64,000 bases of DNA, from contig CBDANF010000003.1 in assembly GCA_965197475.1 (NCBI GenBank), forward strand, positions 3,168,001-3,232,000. Direction: 5' to 3'. This document shows positions 61,220 to 64,000 of this stretch, one piece after another. The translations under genes and the position numbers were made by a program. Under the pieces are notes generated by a model, which saw nothing but the letters and a program-made list of their open reading frames with translations, was not told the origin of the DNA and did no database searches. Origin of the DNA: Candidatus Poribacteria bacterium. Lineage in GTDB: Bacteria; Poribacteria; WGA-4E; WGA-3G. Position 1 is the stretch's first letter, and each line of letters opens with the position of its first letter.

Positions 61220-62392
61220 CTAATCAATAATAGATTGATAAGTTAGCACCCGGAATTGGGCATGGAAAGGTGAATCGCCGATCAATTGCGTCATTAGAAT
61301 GGCGATCAATTCTTCCACCGGATCGATCCAAAATATAGTGCTTGCAAGACCACCCCAACTATAAATGCCTAAGGAACCGAGGGCGTGTGTATCGGCAACA
61401 TTGGTGACAACAGCAAATCCTAACCCGAAACCGCTTCCTGTTCTCCACATTGGTTGCCAATCTTCAGAGATATGATTCATTGTGGTAAGTTCTACCGTTT
61501 TTCTACCGAGCAAACGGGTACCGTCTAATTCACCTTCATTGAGCATCATTTGGCAAAAGCGGAGGTAATCTGCGGCAGTTGACTGTAGCCCCGCGCCGCC
61601 CGCATGGAAAAAACTAAGGGGTCCACTTGAAACAGGCGCATTCTTAATCACCTGAATACCACCATCTTCAGCGGGTTCGTATAACGTGGCGTATCGATCA
61701 GTCTTTTCTTCTGGAACAGAGAAGTCCGTATCTACCATGTCTAAAGGTTCAAAAATTCGCCTTTTCAAGAACTCTGCAAACGGCATTCCAGAGACCACTT
61801 CCACAAGATAGCCGAGAACATCGGTAGACATGCCGTAATTCCACGCGTCGCCCGGATGATGTAATAACGGGATATTACCGAGTTCATTTACCATGTGTGC
61901 GAGGTCACCAGTGAAAAAATTTGCCTCTCTATACCGATCATTAATCGGGTGCACCCAGTCGCCACCATAGATAAGTCCGGAGGTATGCGTGAGGAGATGT
62001 TTGACCGTCATCTCTCGTTCCGCATCAACAATAGCATCCCCATGATTCGCGTAAACCTTCATGTCTTTAAAAGCGGGGATAAATTCGGACACAGGCGAAT
62101 CGAGTTGAAAATGTCCCTCCTCATAGAGCATCATCACGGCGATGCTGGTAATCGGTTTCGTCATTGAATAGATACGGAAGATGGTATCAAATTCTATCGG
62201 TTTTGCTGTTGCAACGTCCTGCATTCCAAACTTTTCAAAATGGACAAGTCTACCTTCACGTGCTATCATCGTCAATGCGCCAGGGATTTTATCATTGTCA
62301 ACCCAACGTTGCATGACTGGGGAAATCCGCTCCAACCGCGCTGCGGAGATGCCGACTTCTTCAGGCACCGCGCGCGGAATTCCATAGTCCAT
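61220..62392 (-). CDS. Serine hydrolase, beta-lactamase/class C-like family (cytoplasmic)
   Basis: SMTK, LLTHTSG, WNYG and SWGG...FWIDP motifs. Confidence 0.9.
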   Translation of the reverse strand: MDYGIPRAVPEEVGISAARLERISPVMQRWVDNDKIPGALTMIAREGRLVHFEKFGMQDVATAKPIEFDTIFRIYSMTKPITSIAVMMLYEEGHFQLDSPVSEFIPAFKDMKVYANHGDAIVDAEREMTVKHLLTHTSGLIYGGDWVHPINDRYREANFFTGDLAHMVNELGNIPLLHHPGDAWNYGMSTDVLGYLVEVVSGMPFAEFLKRRIFEPLDMVDTDFSVPEEKTDRYATLYEPAEDGGIQVIKNAPVSSGPLSFFHAGGAGLQSTAADYLRFCQMMLNEGELDGTRLLGRKTVELTTMNHISEDWQPMWRTGSGFGLGFAVVTNVADTHALGSLGIYSWGGLASTIFWIDPVEELIAILMTQLIGDSPFHAQFRVLTYQSIID

Positions 62393-62477
62393 AAGTCTAT
62401 CTCTCCTTAGTTAATCACTCAAGTTGTCCGTAATAGATTTAGTGGCAACTTGGATATGTCATTTTTTGCCGATTATC

Positions 62478-63707
62478 CTACTGTTCTGGTTCTGACTCTA
62501 TTAAAGACTGATAGGTGAACTTCCTGAATTCGCCTTGAAAAGGATAACGGTTATTGCGTAGCTGCGTCATCAGAATTCCGATGAGTTCTTTTTCTGGGTC
62601 AATCCAAAAGGTAGTAGCAGCTGCACCGCTCCAACTGAATGCTCCTGTAGACCGTTTTTCCTTATCGCCATCCTCACGGGTTACAACATGAAATCCGAGT
62701 CCGAATGCACCACCTTTTCTATACTGATGATGTGGATAACGCATGAGTTCAACGGTTTCGGATTTTAAAATGCGTACGCCATCCAATTTACCACCATTGA
62801 GTAACATCTGACAGAAACGCAGGTAATCCGCAGCCGTTGCAACAAGCCCACCGCCGCCAGAAGGAAAGAAAGTGACATCATCGGTTGCAAGCGGTGGGTT
62901 TCCCACAAGTTTTAGTCCACCTTCTTCTGTAGGTCTATATAAAGCCGCAAATCGTTCTACTTTTTCCTTCGGCACTGAAAACGCAGTATCTACCATTCCG
63001 AGTGGTTTGAAAATCTTCGTCTGTAAAAATTCTTCAAATGGCATTTCCGAAACTACCTCCACAAGATAACCGAGAACATCCGTAGAAACACCGTAGTTCC
63101 ATCTTTCGCCGGGTTCAGAAACGAGCGGGATTTTCCCCAGTTTTTGTGCCATATCGGCTAAAGTGGATCCACGTTTGAAAACTTTTAATTCACTGTAAAA
63201 CTTATCAATAGGTTTACCACCCCACCCGTAAGTCAATCCGGAAGTATGTGTGAGTAGATGCTTGATCGTCATCTTATTCTTAGCGTCATGCGTTTCTGTC
63301 TGTTCATTGTTAAAAACCTTCATGTCTTTGAATGCGGGAATATAGTTTTCAACAGGATCATCAAGTTTAATATGTCCCTCATCGTAGAGTATCATCACAG
63401 CAACGCTAGTAATCGGTTTCGACATTGAATAGATACGGAATATCGTATCCGCTTCAACCGGTTTTTTATTCTCAACATCTCGCATGCCGATGGTCTCAAA
63501 ATGTGCAATTTTCCCTTTCCTCGCCACAACAGTAAGGAATCCTGGTAGTTGTCCTTTGTCGACGTAGCCTTGCAGGACCGGACGGATACGTTCCAGACGT
63601 TCGGAAGAAACACCAACATCTTCCGGCTCTGCCATCGGGAGTCCCTGTGCGAATGCAAGTGTAGTAATACAAAATAGCAGTAAAAGTAAGCAAGTTAATT
63701 GTTTCAA
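62478..63707 (-). CDS. Serine hydrolase, beta-lactamase/class C-like family (secreted paralog)
   Basis: Signal peptide; SMSK, LLTHTSG, WNYG and FWIDP motifs. Confidence 0.9.
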   Translation of the reverse strand: MKQLTCLLLLLFCITTLAFAQGLPMAEPEDVGVSSERLERIRPVLQGYVDKGQLPGFLTVVARKGKIAHFETIGMRDVENKKPVEADTIFRIYSMSKPITSVAVMILYDEGHIKLDDPVENYIPAFKDMKVFNNEQTETHDAKNKMTIKHLLTHTSGLTYGWGGKPIDKFYSELKVFKRGSTLADMAQKLGKIPLVSEPGERWNYGVSTDVLGYLVEVVSEMPFEEFLQTKIFKPLGMVDTAFSVPKEKVERFAALYRPTEEGGLKLVGNPPLATDDVTFFPSGGGGLVATAADYLRFCQMLLNGGKLDGVRILKSETVELMRYPHHQYRKGGAFGLGFHVVTREDGDKEKRSTGAFSWSGAAATTFWIDPEKELIGILMTQLRNNRYPFQGEFRKFTYQSLIESEPEQ

Positions 63708-64000
63708 TCTATTCTCCTTTTATTATGGTGTAATATAAAACATATCAACATCTGGTGGAAAACGCGCAAATCAATGGAGTATCGTTAATTATAAAATCTT
63801 TTATAGTTTTCAAATTAGGTCTGTTTTTTGTCTCTGATTACGTTATTGTTTCATTTCTGCCCATGTTGTAGTCAACTTATTTTTAGGTTTCACAGATATT
63901 TGTTGATTATTTACAATAGTTTCATCAGATATTAATTTAGCATCACCTATAGCTGGGCGATCACACCAGCTACCATCCAAACTACTATTAATAATAATTT

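Noticed and set aside
61220-63707. Beta-lactam resistance genes
   Set aside because: Family VIII esterase-like serine hydrolases (SxxK, LLTHTSG, YG and WGG/WSG rather than KTG); resistance cannot be inferred.

Overview
A 64-kb bacterial chromosomal segment, most likely from Candidatus Poribacteria or a close relative. This is inferred from a WD40+dockerin+FlgD-type C-terminal domain protein, a LamG protein with a 'P..KL..TW' tail, PhyH dioxygenases, DUF6785-type membrane proteins and a sulfatase. Core cargo is secreted peptidases (M28, S8, C25-like), hydrolases, sugar-processing enzymes and T9SS-like components (PorV-family barrel, C-terminal sorting domains). The window is heavily colonised by mobile DNA: IS5, IS630, IS1595 (two near-identical copies plus a passenger-carrying element), IS3, an ISAs1 remnant, an ISL2-like element and an IS4/IS231-like element, with three-level nesting. 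At least five MITE end-families carry REP-like hairpin cargo. The most notable feature is a ~2.0-kb element (39241-41244) bounded by perfect 13-bp inverted repeats. It encodes only two paralogous DUF1670-like proteins and no recognisable transposase. Downstream of these genes, a near-consensus sigma70 promoter points at a ~125-nt multi-hairpin non-coding region that runs into the terminal repeat. This is a candidate undescribed, possibly RNA-associated, mobile element. All annotations come from manual motif recognition; no database searches were run.
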